Shown one piece after another: positions 26,401 through 39,452 of a stretch of 64,000 bases of DNA (position 1 is the first letter of the stretch; each line of letters begins with the position of its first letter). Source of the DNA: Azolla caroliniana (taxonomy: Eukaryota > Plantae > Polypodiophyta); contig JBHGNT010000010.1 of NCBI GenBank assembly GCA_043228905.1, forward strand, positions 186,001-250,000. The letters are read 5' to 3'. Made by a program: the position numbers and the translations under genes. The notes below the pieces were generated by a model. That model did no database searches. It was not told the origin of the DNA and saw nothing but the letters and a program-made list of their open reading frames with translations.

Positions 26401-27451
26401 CAAAAATCCGATATCACATGGGCCAGGTATGAACATTTTAATTTACTCAAGGCCTCTTCTCGACTCCCTCTTCTAACTTGCCAATTTCTTCATGTCTCTC
26501 GACCTGAGTTTCAAAATCTTGATTTTTTAATTCCATATCTTAGGTACCGTTGTTAGCTTCGAATCACAAGTTTGAACACAAAAATCTGAGATCACACGAA
26601 CCAGGTATGAACATTTTAATTTACTGACGCGCTCTTCTCAACTCCCTCCTCAAATTTGATAATTTTTTCATGTCTCTCGACCTGAGTTTCAAAATCTTGA
26701 TTTTTTAATTCCATATCATAGGTAGCGTTGTTAGCTTCGATTCGCATGTTTGAACACAGAAGTCCGGGATCACACGAGCCAGGTATGAACATTTTAAATT
26801 AGTCACGGGCTATTCTCAACTCCCTCCTCAAATTTGGTAATTTCTTCATGTCTCTCGACCTGAGTTTTAAAATCTTGATTTTTTAATTCCAAATCTTAGG
26901 TAGCGTTGTTAGCTTCGATTCGCATGTTTGAACACAGAAATCCGGGATCACACGAGCCAGTATAAACATTTTAATTTACTCACCCGCTCTTCTCAACTCC
27001 CTCCTCAAATTTGATAATTTCTTCATGTCTCTCGACCTGAGTTTCAAAATCTTGATTTTTTAATTCCATATCATAGGTAGCGTTGTTAGCTTCGATTCGC
27101 ATGTTTGAACACAGAAATCCGGGATCACACGAGCCAGGTATAAACATTTTAATTTATTCACGCGCTCTTCTCAACTCCCTCCTCAAATTTGGTAATTTCT
27201 TCATGTCTCTCGACCTGAGTTTCAAAATCTTGAATTTTTAATTCTATATCATAGGTAGCGTTGTTAGCTTCGAATCACATGTTTGAACACAAAAATCCGA
27301 TATCACATGGGCCAGGTATGAACATTTTAATTTACTCACGGGCTCTTCTCGACTCCCTCTTCTAACTTGCCAATTTCTTCATGTCTCTCTACCTGAGTTT
27401 CAAAATCTTGATTTTTTAATTCCATATCATAGGTAGCGTTGTTAGCTTCGA
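18097..27451. repeat. Copy 2 of the ~9.6 kb intra-array duplication
   Basis: Collinear with 1-9664. It differs by a 177-bp C/D monomer fusion, absence of the 129-bp monomer, absence of the +3 bp event, and a few SNVs (20088, 21877, 25705). Confidence 0.93.
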
Positions 27452-28102
27452 TTCGTATGTTTGAACACAGAAATCCGGGATCACACGAGCCAGGTATAAA
27501 CATTTTAATTTATTCACGCGCTCTTCTCAACTCCCTCCTCAAATTTGGTAATTTCTTCATGTCTCTCGACCTGAGTTTCAAAATCTTGAATTTTTAATTG
27601 TATGTCATAGCTACCATTGTTAGCTTCGATTCGCAACTTTGAACACAAAAATCCGGGATCACACGAGCCAGGTATGAACATTTTAATTTACTCACGCGCT
27701 CTTCTCAACTCCCTCCTCAAATTTGGTAATTTCTTCATGTCTCTCGACCTGAGTTTCAAAATCTTGATTTTTTAATTCCATATCTTAGGTAGCGTTGTTA
27801 GCTTCGAATCGCATGTTTGAACACAAAAATCCGGTATCACACGAGCCAGGTATGAACATTTTAATTTACTCACGGGCTCCTCTCAACTCCCTCCTCAAAT
27901 TTGGTAATTTCTTCATGTCTCTCGACCTGAGTTTCAAAATTTTGATTTTTTAATTCCATATCATAGGTAGCGTTGTTAGCTTCGAATCGCAAGTTTGAAC
28001 ACAAAATTTCGGGATCACAGGAGCCAGGTATGAACATTTTAATTTATTCACGCGCTCTTCTCAACTCCCTCCTCAAATTTGGTAATTTCTTCATGTGTCT
28101 TG
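19917..28102. repeat. 37-monomer period (6585 bp), about 1.25 copies
   Basis: The nine monomers starting at 19917 recur in order from 26502 (e.g. ttgtatgtcatagctacc monomers at 20984 and 27569). The same period is seen from 2127 to 8715 (6588 bp including a +3 event). Confidence 0.87.
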
Positions 28103-28636
28103 ACCTGAGTTTCAAAATCTTGATTTTTTAATTCCATATCATAGGTAGCGTTGTTAGCTTCGATTCGCATGTTTGAACACAGAAATCCGGGATCACACGA
28201 GCCAGGTATGAACATTTTAATTTACTCACGGGCTCCTCTCAACTCCCTCCTCAAATTTGGTAATTTCTTCATGTCTCTCGACCTGAGTTTCAAAATCTTC
28301 ATTTTTTAATTCCATATCATAGGTAGCGTTGTTAGCTTCGAATCGCAAGTTTGCACACAGAAATTCGGAAGCACACGAGCCAGGTATGAACATTTTAATT
28401 TATTCACGCGCTCTTCTCAACTCCCTCCTCAAATTTGGTAATTTCTTCATGTCTCTCGACCTGAGTTTCAAAATCTTGATTTTTTAATTCCATATGATAG
28501 GTAGCGTTGTTAGCTTCGAATCGCATTTTTGAACACAAAAATCCGGGATCACACGAGCCAGGTATGAACATTTTAATTTACTCACGGGCTCCTCTCAACT
28601 CCCTCCTCAAATTTGGTAATTTCTTCATGTCTCTCG

Positions 28637-29348
28637 ACCTGAGTTTCAAAATCTTGAATTTTTAATTCCATATCATAGGTAGCGTTGTTAGCTTCGAATC
28701 GCAAGTTTGAACACAGAATTTCGGGATCACACGAGCCAGGTATGAACATTTTAATTTACTCACGGGCTCCTCTCAACTCCCTCCGCAAATTTGGTAATTT
28801 CTTCATGTCTCTCGACTTGAGTTTCAAAATCTTGATTTTTTAATTCTATATCAAAGCTACCATTGTTAGCTTCGATTCGCATCTTTGAACACAAAAATCC
28901 GGGATCACACGAGCCAGGTATGAACATTTTAATTTACTCACGCGCTCTTCTCAACTCCCTCCTCAAATTTGGTAATTTCTTCATGTCTCTCGACCTGAGT
29001 TTCAAAATCTTGATTTTTTAATTCCATATGATAGGTAGCGTTGTTAGCTTCGAATCGCAAGTTTGAACACAGAATTTCGGGATCACACGAGCCAGGTATG
29101 AACATTTTAATTTACTCACGGGCTCCTCTCAACTCCCTCCGCAAATTTGGTAATTTCTTCATGTCTCTCGACCTGAGTTTCAAAATCTTGATTTTTTAAT
29201 TCTATATCAAAGCTACCATTGTTAGCTTCGATTCGCATCTTTGAACACAAAAATCCGGGATCACACGAGCCAGGTATGAACATTTTAATTTACTCACGCG
29301 CTCTTCTCAACTCCCTCCTCAAATTTGGTATTTTCTTCATGTTTCTCG
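28637..29348. repeat. Dimer duplication (356 bp)
   Basis: The pair agaatttcggg/ctccgcaaa followed by tcaaagctaccatt occurs twice in tandem. The same arrangement is at 39631-40342. Confidence 0.8.
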
Positions 29349-32300
29349 ACCTGAGTTTCAATATCCTGATTTTTTAATTCCATATTCTAGGTAGCGTTGT
29401 TAGCTTCGAATCGCAAGTTTGAACACAAAAATCCGAGATCACACGACCCAGGTATGAACATTTTAAATTAGTCACGGGCTCTTCTCAACTCCTTCTTCTA
29501 ACTTGCCAATTTCTTCATGTCTCTCGACCTGAGTTTCAAAATCTTGATTTTTTAATTCTATATCATAGGTAGCGTTGTTAGCTTCGAATCGCATGTTTGA
29601 ACACAAAAATCCGGGATCACACGAGCCAGGTATGAACATTTTAATTTATTCACGCGCTCTTCTCAACTCCCTCCTCAAATTTGGTAATTTCTTCATGTGT
29701 CTTGACCTGAGTTTCAAAATCTTGATTTTTTAATTCTATATCATAGCTAGTGTTGTTAGCTTCGATTCGCATCTTTGAACACAAAAATCTGGTATCACAC
29801 GACCCAGGTATGAACATTTTAAATTAGTCACGGCCTCTTCTCAACTCCTTCTTCTAACTTGCCAATTTCTTCATGTCTCTCGACCTGAGTTTCAAAATCT
29901 TGATTTTTTAATTCCATATCTTAGGTAGCGTTGTTAGCTTCGAATCGCAAGTTTGAACACAAAAATCCGAGATCACACGAGCCAGGTATGAACATTTTAA
30001 TTTACTCTCCGGCTCTTCTCAACTCCCTCTTCTAACTTGCCAATTTCTTCATGTCTCTCGACCTGAGTTTCAAAATCTTGATTTTTTAATTCCATATCAT
30101 AGGTAGCGTTGTTAGCTTCGATTCGCATGTTTGAACACAGAAATCCGGGATCACACGAGCCAGGTATGAACATTTTAATTTACTCACGGGCTCCTCTCAA
30201 CTCCCTCCTCAAATTTGGTACTTTCTTCATGTCTCTCGACCTGAGTTTCAAAATCTTCATTTTTTAATTCCATATCATAGGTAGCGTTGTTAGCTTCGAA
30301 TCGCAAGTTTGCACACAGAAATTCGGAAGCACACGAGCCAGGTATGAACATTTTAATTTATTCACGCGCTCTTCTCAACTCCCTCCTCAAATTTGGTAAT
30401 TTCTTCATGTCTCTCGACCTGAGTTTCAAAATCCGAATTTTTTAATTCTATATCATAGCTAGCATTGTTAGCTTCGATTCGCATCTTTGAACACAAAAAA
30501 CCGGGGTCACACGAGCCAGGTATGAACATTTTAATTTACTCACGCGCTCTTCTCAACTCCCTCTTCAAATTTGGTAATTTCTTCATGTCTCTCGACCTGA
30601 GTTTCAAAATCTTGATTTTTTAATTCCATATCTTAGGTAGCGTTATTAGCTTCGAATCGCATGTTTGAACACAAAAATCCGGTATCACACGAGCCAGGTA
30701 TGAACATTTTAATTTACTCACGGGCTCCTCTCAACTCCCTCCTCAAATTTGGTATTTTCTTCATGTTTCTCGACCTGAGTTTCAATATCCTGATTTTTTA
30801 ATTCCATATTCTAGGTAGCGTTGTTAGCTTCGAATCGCATGTTTGAACACAAAAATCCGATATCACATGGGCCAGGTATGAACATTTTAATTTACTCACG
30901 GGCTCTTCTCAACTCCCTCCTCAAATTTGGTAATTTCTTCATGTCTCGCGCCCTGAGTTTCAAAATCTTGATTTTTTAATTCCATATCTTAGGTAGCGTT
31001 GTTAGCTTCGAATCGCAAGTTTGAACATAAAAATCCGAGATCACACGAGCCAGGTATGAACATTTTAATTTACTCTCCGGCTCTTCTCAACTCCCTCTTC
31101 TAACTTGCCAATTTCTTCATGTCTCTGGACCTGAGTTTCAAAATCTTGATTTTTTAATTCCATATCATAGGTAGCGTTGTTAGCTTCGATTCGCATGTTT
31201 GAACACAGAAATCCGGGATAACACGAGCCAGGTATGAACATTTTAATTTACTCACGGGCTCCTCTCAACTCCCTCCTCAAATTTGGTAATTTCTTCATGT
31301 CTCTCGACCTGAGTTTCAAAATCTTCATTTTTTAATTCCATATCATAGGTAGCGTTGTTAGCTTCGAATCGCAAGATTGCACACAGAAATTCGGAAGCAC
31401 ACGAGCCAGGTATGAACATTTTAATTTATTCACGCGCTCTTCTCAACTCCCTCCTCAAATTTGGTAATTTCTTCATGTCTCTCGACCTGAGTTTCAAAAT
31501 CCGAATTTTTTAATTCTATATCATAGCTAGCATTGTTAGCTTTGAACACAAAAAACCGGGGTCACACGAGCCAGGTATGAACATTTTAATTTACTCACGG
31601 GCTCCTGTCAACTCCCTCCGCAAATTTGGTAATTTCTTCATGTCTCTCGACCTGAGTTTCAAAATCTTGATTTTTTAATTCCATATCTTAGGTAGCGTTG
31701 CTAGCTTCGATTCGCATGTTTGAACACAAAAATCCGGTATCACACGAGCCAGGTATGAACATTTTAATTTACTCACGGGCTCCTCTCAACTCCCTCCTCA
31801 AATTTGGTATTTTCTTCATGTTTCTCGACCTGAGTTTCAATATCCTGATTTTTTAATTCCATATTCTAGGTAGCGTTGTTAGCTTCGAATCGCAAGTTTG
31901 AACACAAAAATCCGAGATCACACGAGCCAGGTATGAACATTTTAAATTAGTCACGGGCTCTTCTCAACTCCTTCTTCTAACTTGCCAATTTCTTCATGTC
32001 TCTCGACCTGAGTTTCAAAATCTTGATTTTTTAATTCTATATCATAGGTAGCGTTGTTAGCTTCGAATCGCATGTTTGAACACAAAAATCCGGGATCACA
32101 CGAGCCAGGTATGAACATTTTAATTTATTCACGCGCTCTTCTCAACTCCCTCCTCAAATTTGGTAATTTCTTCATGTGTCTTGACCTGAGTTTCAAAATC
32201 TTGATTTTTTAATTCTATATCATAGCTAGTGTTGTTAGCTTCGATTCGCATCTTTGAACACAAAAATCTGGTATCACACGACCCAGGTATGAACATTTTA

Positions 32301-34306
32301 AATTAGTCACGGCCTCTTCTCAACTCCTTCTTCTAACTTGCCAATTTCTTCATGTCTCTCGACCTGAGTTTCAAAATCTTGATTTTTTAATTCCATATCT
32401 TAGGTAGCGTTGTTAGCTTCGAATCGCAAGTTTGAACACAAAAATCCGAGATCACACGAGCCAGGTATGAACATTTTAATTTACTCTCCGGCTCTTCTCA
32501 ACTCCCTCTTCTAACTTGCCAATTTCTTCATGTCTCTCGACCTGAGTTTCAAAATCTTGATTTTTTAATTCCATATCATAGGTAGCGTTGTTAGCTTCGA
32601 TTCGCATGTTTGAACACAGAAATCCGGGATCACACGAGCCAGGTATGACCATTTTAATTTACTCACGGGCTCCTCTCAACTCCCTCCTCAAATTTGGTAC
32701 TTTCTTCATGTCTCTCGACCTGAGTTTCAAAATCTTCATTTTTTAATTCCATATCATAGGTAGCGTTGTTAGCTTCGAATCGCAAGTTTGCACACAGAAA
32801 TTCGGAAGCACACGAGCCAGGTATGAACATTTTAATTTATTCACGCGCTCTTCTCAACTCCCTCCTCAAATTTGGTAATTTCTTCATGTCTCTCGACCTG
32901 AGTTTCAAAATCCGAATTTTTTAATTCTATATCATAGCTAGCATTGTTAGCTTCGATTCGCATCTTTGAACACAAAAAACCGGGGTCACACGAGCCAGGT
33001 ATGAACATTTTAATTTACTCACGCGCTCTTCTCAACTCCCTCTTCAAATTTGGTAATTTCTTCATGTCTCTCGACCTGAGTTTCAAAATCTTGATTTTTT
33101 AATTCCATATCTTAGGTAGCGTTATTAGCTTCGAATCGCATGTTTGAACACAAAAATCCGGTATCACACGAGCCAGGTATGAACATTTTAATTTACTCAC
33201 GGGCTCCTCTCAACTCCCTCCTCAAATTTGGTATTTTCTTCATGTTTCTCGACCTGAGTTTCAATATCCTGATTTTTTAATTCCATATTCTAGGTAGCGT
33301 TGTTAGCTTCGAATCGCATGTTTGAACACAAAAATCCGATATCACATGGGCCAGGTATGAACATTTTAATTTACTCACGGGCTCTTCTCAACTCCCTCCT
33401 CAAATTTGGTAATTTCTTCATGTCTCGCGCCCTGAGTTTCAAAATCTTGATTTTTTAATTCCATATCTTAGGTAGCGTTGTTAGCTTCGAATCGCAAGTT
33501 TGAACACAAAAATCCGAGATCACACGAGCCAGGTATGAACATTTTAATTTACTCTCCGGCTCTTCTCAACTCCCTCTTCTAACTTGCCAATTTCTTCATG
33601 TCTCTGGACCTGAGTTTCAAAATCTTGATTTTTTAATTCCATATCATAGGTAGCGTTGTTAGCTTCGATTCGCATGTTTGAACACAGAAATCCGGGATAA
33701 CACGAGCCAGGTATGAACATTTTAATTTACTCACGGGCTCCTCTCAACTCCCTCCTCAAATTTGGTAATTTCTTCATGTCTCTCGACCTGAGTTTCAAAA
33801 TCTTCATTTTTTAATTCCATATCATAGGTAGCGTTGTTAGCTTCGAATCGCAAGATTGCACACAGAAATTCGGAAGCACACGAGCCAGGTATGAACATTT
33901 TAATTTATTCACGCGCTCTTCTCAACTCCCTCCTCAAATTTGGTAATTTCTTCATGTCTCTCGACCTGAGTTTCAAAATCCGAATTTTTTAATTCTATAT
34001 CATAGCTAGCATTGTTAGCTTTGAACACAAAAAACCGGGGTCACACGAGCCAGGTATGAACATTTTAATTTACTCACGCGCTCTTCTCAACTCCCTCTTC
34101 AAATTTGGTAATTTCTTCATGTCTCTCGACCTGAGTTTGAAAATCTTGATTTTTTAATTCCATATCTTAGGTAGCGTTGCTAGCTTCGATTCGCATGTTT
34201 GAACACAAAAATCCGGTATCACACGAGCCAGGTATGAACATTTTAATTTACTCACGGGCTCCTCTCAACTCCCTCCTCAAATTTGGTATTTTCTTCATGT
34301 TTCTCG
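29349..34306. repeat. 14-monomer HOR, 2 tandem copies (2479 bp = 14x178-13)
   Basis: 13-bp-deletion monomers at 31485 and 33964; caatatcctg monomers at 29349, 31828 and 34307. Shared private variants ctctggacc, ggataacac, caagattgcac and gcgttattag. Confidence 0.92.
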
Positions 34307-34659
34307 ACCTGAGTTTCAATATCCTGATTTTTTAATTCCATATTCTAGGTAGCGTTGTTAGCTTCGAATCGCAAGTTTGAACACAAAAATCCGAGATCAC
34401 ACGAGCCAGGTATGAACATTTTAAATTAGTCACGGGCTCTTCTCAACTCCTTCTAACTTGCCAATTTCTTCATGTCTCTCGACCTGAGTTTCAAAATCTT
34501 GATTTTTTAATTCCATATCATAGGTAGCGTTGTTAGCTTCGAATCGCATGTTTGAACACAAAAATCCGATATCACATGCGCCAGGTATGAACATTTTAAT
34601 TTACTCACGGGCTCTTCTCAACTCCCTCTTCTAACTTGCCAATTTCTTCATGTCTCTCG

Positions 34660-36795
34660 ACCTGAGTTTCAAAATCTTGATTTTTTAATTCTATAACATA
34701 GGTAGCGTTGTTAGCTTCGAATCCCATGTTTGAACACAAAAATCCGGGATCACACGAGCCAGGTATGAACATTTTAATTTACTCTCCGGCTCTTCTCAAC
34801 TCCCTCTTCTAACTTGCCAATTTCTTCATGTCTCTCGACCTGAGTTTCAAAATCTTGATTTTTTAATTCCATATTCTAGGTAGCGTTGTTAGCTTCGAAT
34901 CGCAAGTTTGAACCCAAAAATCCGAGATCACACGAGCCAGGTATGAACATTTTAAATTAGTCACGGGCTCTTCTCAACTCCTTGCTCAAATTTGGTAATT
35001 TCTTCATGTCTCGCGACCTAAGTTTCAAAATCTTGATTTTTTAATTCCATATGATAGGTAGCGTTGTTAGCTTCGAATCGCATGTTTGAACACAAAAATC
35101 CGGGATCACACGAGCCAGGTATGAACATTTTAATTTACTCACGGGCTCCTCTCAACTCCCTCCTCAAATTTGGTAATTTCTTCATGTCTCTCGACCTGAG
35201 TTTCAAAATCTTGAATTTTTAATTCCATATCATAGGTAGCGTTGTTAGCTTCGAATCGCAAGTTTGAACACAGAATTTCGGGATCACACGAGCCAGGTAT
35301 GAACATTTTAATTTATTCACGCGCTCTTCTCAACTCCCTCCTCAAATTTGGTAATTTCTTCATGTGTCTTGCCCTGAGTTTCAAAATCTTGATTTTTTAA
35401 TTCTATATCATAGCTAGTGTTGTTAGCTTCGATTTGCATCTTTGAACACAAAAATCTGGTATCACACGAGCTAGGTATGAAAATTTTAAATTAGTCACGG
35501 GCTCTTCTCAACTCCCTCCTCAAATTTGGTAATTTCTTCATGTCTCGCGCCCTGAGTTTCAAAATCTTGATTTTTTAATTCCATATCTTAGGTAGCGTTG
35601 TTAGCTTCGAATCGCAAGTTTGAACACAAAAATCCGAGATCACACGAGCCAGGTATGAACATTTTAATTTACTCTCCGGCTCTTCTCAACTCCCTCTTCT
35701 AACTTGCCAATTTCTTCATGTCTCTCGACCTGAGTTTCAAAATCTTGATTTTTTAATTCTATAACATAGGTAGCGTTGTTAGCTTCGAATCCCATGTTTG
35801 AACACAAAAATCCGGGATCACACGAGCCAGGTATGAACATTTTAATTTACTCTCCGGCTCTTCTCAACTCCCTCTTCTAACTTGCCAATTTCTTCATGTC
35901 TCTCGACCTGAGTTTCAAAATCTTGATTTTTTAATTCCATATTCTAGGTAGCGTTGTTAGCTTCGAATCGCAAGTTTGAACCCAAAAATCCGAGATCACA
36001 CGAGCCAGGTATGAACATTTTAAATTAGTCACGGGCTCTTCTCAACTCCTTGCTCAAATTTGGTAATTTCTTCATGTCTCGCGACCTAAGTTTCAAAATC
36101 TTGATTTTTTAATTCCATATGATAGGTAGCGTTGTTAGCTTCGAATCGCATGTTTGAACACAAAAATCCGGGATCACACGAGCCAGGTATGAACATTTTA
36201 ATTTACTCACGGGCTCCTCTCAACTCCCTCCTCAAATTTGGTAATTTCTTCATGTCTCTCGACCTGAGTTTCAAAATCTTGAATTTTTAATTCCATATCA
36301 TAGGTAGCGTTGTTAGCTTCGAATCGCAAGTTTGAACACAGAATTTCGGGATCACACGAGCCAGGTATGAACATTTTAATTTATTCACGCGCTCTTCTCA
36401 ACTCCCTCCTCAAATTTGGTAATTTCTTCATGTGTCTTGCCCTGAGTTTCAAAATCTTGATTTTTTAATTCTATATCATAGCTAGTGTTGTTAGCTTCGA
36501 TTTGCATCTTTGAACACAAAAATCTGGTATCACACGAGCTAGGTATGAAAATTTTAAATTAGTCACGGGCTCTTCTCAACTCCCTCCTCAAATTTGGTAA
36601 TTTCTTCATGTCTCGCGCCCTGAGTTTCAAAATCTTGATTTTTTAATTCCATATCTTAGGTAGCGTTGTTAGCTTCGAATCGCAAGTTTGAACACAAAAA
36701 TCCGAGATCACACGAGCCAGGTATGAACATTTTAATTTACTCTCCGGCTCTTCTCAACTCCCTCTTCTAACTTGCCAATTTCTTCATGTCTCTCG
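34660..36795. repeat. 6-monomer HOR, 2 tandem copies (1068 bp)
   Basis: gatttgcatc at 35431 and 36499. The cgcgacctaag, cttgccctg and gagctagg variants repeat at the same 1068 offset. Confidence 0.92.
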
Positions 36796-39452
36796 ACCTG
36801 AGTTTCAAAATCTTGATTTTTTAATTCCATATCATAGGTAGCGTTGTTAGCTTCGATTCGCATGTTTGAACACAGAAATCCGGGATCACACGAGCCAGGT
36901 ATGAACATTTTAATTTACTCACGGGCTCCTCTCAACTCCCTCCTCAAATTTGGTAATTTCTTCATGTCTCTCGACCTGAGTTTCAAAATCTTCATTTTTT
37001 AATTCCATATCATAGGTAGCGTTGTTAGCTTCGAATCGCAAGATTGCACACAGAAATTCGGAAGCACACGAGCCAGGTATGAACATTTTAATTTATTCAC
37101 GCGCTCTTCTCAACTCCCTCCTCAAATTTGGTAATTTCTTCATGTCTCTCGACCTGAGTTTCAAAATCCGAATTTTTTAATTCTATATCATAGCTAGCAT
37201 TGTTACCTTTCAACACAAAAAACCGGGGTCACACGAGCCAGGTATGAACATTTTAATTTACTCACGCGCTCTTCTCAACTCCCTCTTCAAATTTGGTAAT
37301 TTCTTCATGTCTCTCGACCTGAGTTTCAAAATCTTGATTTTTTAATTCCATATCTTAGGTAGCGTTGTTAGCTTCGATTCGCATGTTTGAACACAAAAAT
37401 CCGGTATCACACGAGCCAGGTATGAACATTTTAATTTACTCACGGGCTCCTCTCAACTCCCTCCTCAAATTTGGTATTTTCTTCATGTTTCTCGACCTGA
37501 GTTTCAATATCCTGATTTTTTAATTCCATATTCTAGGTAGCGTTGTTAGCTTCGAATCGCAAGTTTGAACACAAAAATCCGAGATCACACGAGCCAGGTA
37601 TGAACATTTTAAATTAGTCACGGGCTCTTCTCAACTCCTTCTTCTAACTTGCCAATTTCTTCATGTCTCTCGACCTGAGTTTCAAAATCTTGATTTTTTA
37701 ATTCCATATCATAGGTAGCGTTGTTAGCTTCGAATCGCATGTTTGAACACAAAAATCCGATATCACATGCGCCAGGTATGAACATTTTAATTTACTCACG
37801 GGCTCTTCTCAACTCCCTCTTCTAACTTGCCAATTTCTTCATGTCTCTCGACCTGAGTTTCAAAATCTTGATTTTTTAATTCTATAACATAGGTAGCGTT
37901 GTTAGCTTCGAATCCCATGTTTGAACACAAAAATCCGGGATCACACGAGCCAGGTATGAACATTTTAATTTACTCTCCGGCTCTTCTCAACTCCCTCTTC
38001 TAACTTGCCAATTTCTTCATGTCTCTCGACCTGAGTTTCAAAATCTTGATTTTTTAATTCTATATCATAGGTAGCGTTGTTAGCTTCGAATCGCATGTTT
38101 GAACACAAAAGTCCGGGATCACACGAGCCAGGTATGAACATTTTAATTTACTCACGGGCTCCTCTCAACTCCCTCCTCAAATTTGGTAATTTCTTCATGT
38201 CTCTCGACCTGAGTTTCAAAATCTTGAATTTTTAATTCTATATCATAGGTAGCGTTGTTAGCTTCGAATCACATGTTTGAACACAAAAATCCGATATCAC
38301 ATGGGCCAGGTATGAACATTTTAATTTACTCACGGGCTCTTCTCAACTCCCTCCTCAAATTTGCTAATTTCTTCATGTCTCTCGACCTGAGTTTCAAAAT
38401 CTTGATTTTTTAATTCCATATCTTAGGTAGCGTTGTTAGCTTCGAATCGCATGTTTGAACACAAAAATCCGGTATCACACGAGCCAGGTATGAACATTTT
38501 AATTTACTCACGGGCTCCTCTCAACTCCCTCCTCAAATTTGGTAATTTCTTCATGTCTCTCGACCTGAGTTTCAAAATCTTGATTTTTTAATTCCATATG
38601 ATAGGTAGCGTTGTTAGCTTCGAATCGCAAGTTTGAACACAGAATTTCGGGATCACACGAGCCAGGTATGAACATTTTAATTTACTCACGGGCTCCTCTC
38701 AACTCCCTCCGCAAATTTGGTAATTTCTTCATGTCTCTCGACCTGAGTTTCAAAATCTTGATTTTTTAATTCTATATCAAAGCTACCATTGTTAGCTTCG
38801 ATTCGCATCTTTGAACACAAAAATCCGGGATCACACGAGCCAGGTATGAACATTTTAATTTACTCACGCGCTCTTCTCAACTCCCTCCTCAAATTTGGTA
38901 TTTTCTTCATGTTTCTCGACCTGAGTTTCAATATCCTGATTTTTTAATTCCATATTCTAGGTAGCGTTGTTAGCTTCGAATCGCAAGTTTGAACACAAAA
39001 ATCCGAGATCACACGACCCAGGTATGAACATTTTAAATTAGTCACGGGCTCTTCTCAACTCCTTCTTCTAACTTGCCAATTTCTTCATATCTCTCGACCT
39101 GAGTTTCAAAATCTTGATTTTTTAATTCTATAACATAGGTAGCGTTGTTAGCTTCGAATCCCATGTTTGAACACAAAAATCCGGGATCACACGAGCCAGG
39201 TATGAACATTTTAATTTACTCTCCGGCTCTTCTCAACTCCCTCTTCTAACTTGCCAATTTCTTCATGTCTCTCGACCTGAGTTTCAAAATCTTGATTTTT
39301 TAATTCCATATTCTAGGTAGCGTTGTTAGCTTCGAATCGCAAGTTTGAACCCAAAAATCCGAGATCACACGAGCCAGGTATGAACATTTTAAATTAGTCA
39401 CGGGCTCTTCTCAACTCCTTGCTCAAATTTGGTAATTTCTTCATGTCTCGCG

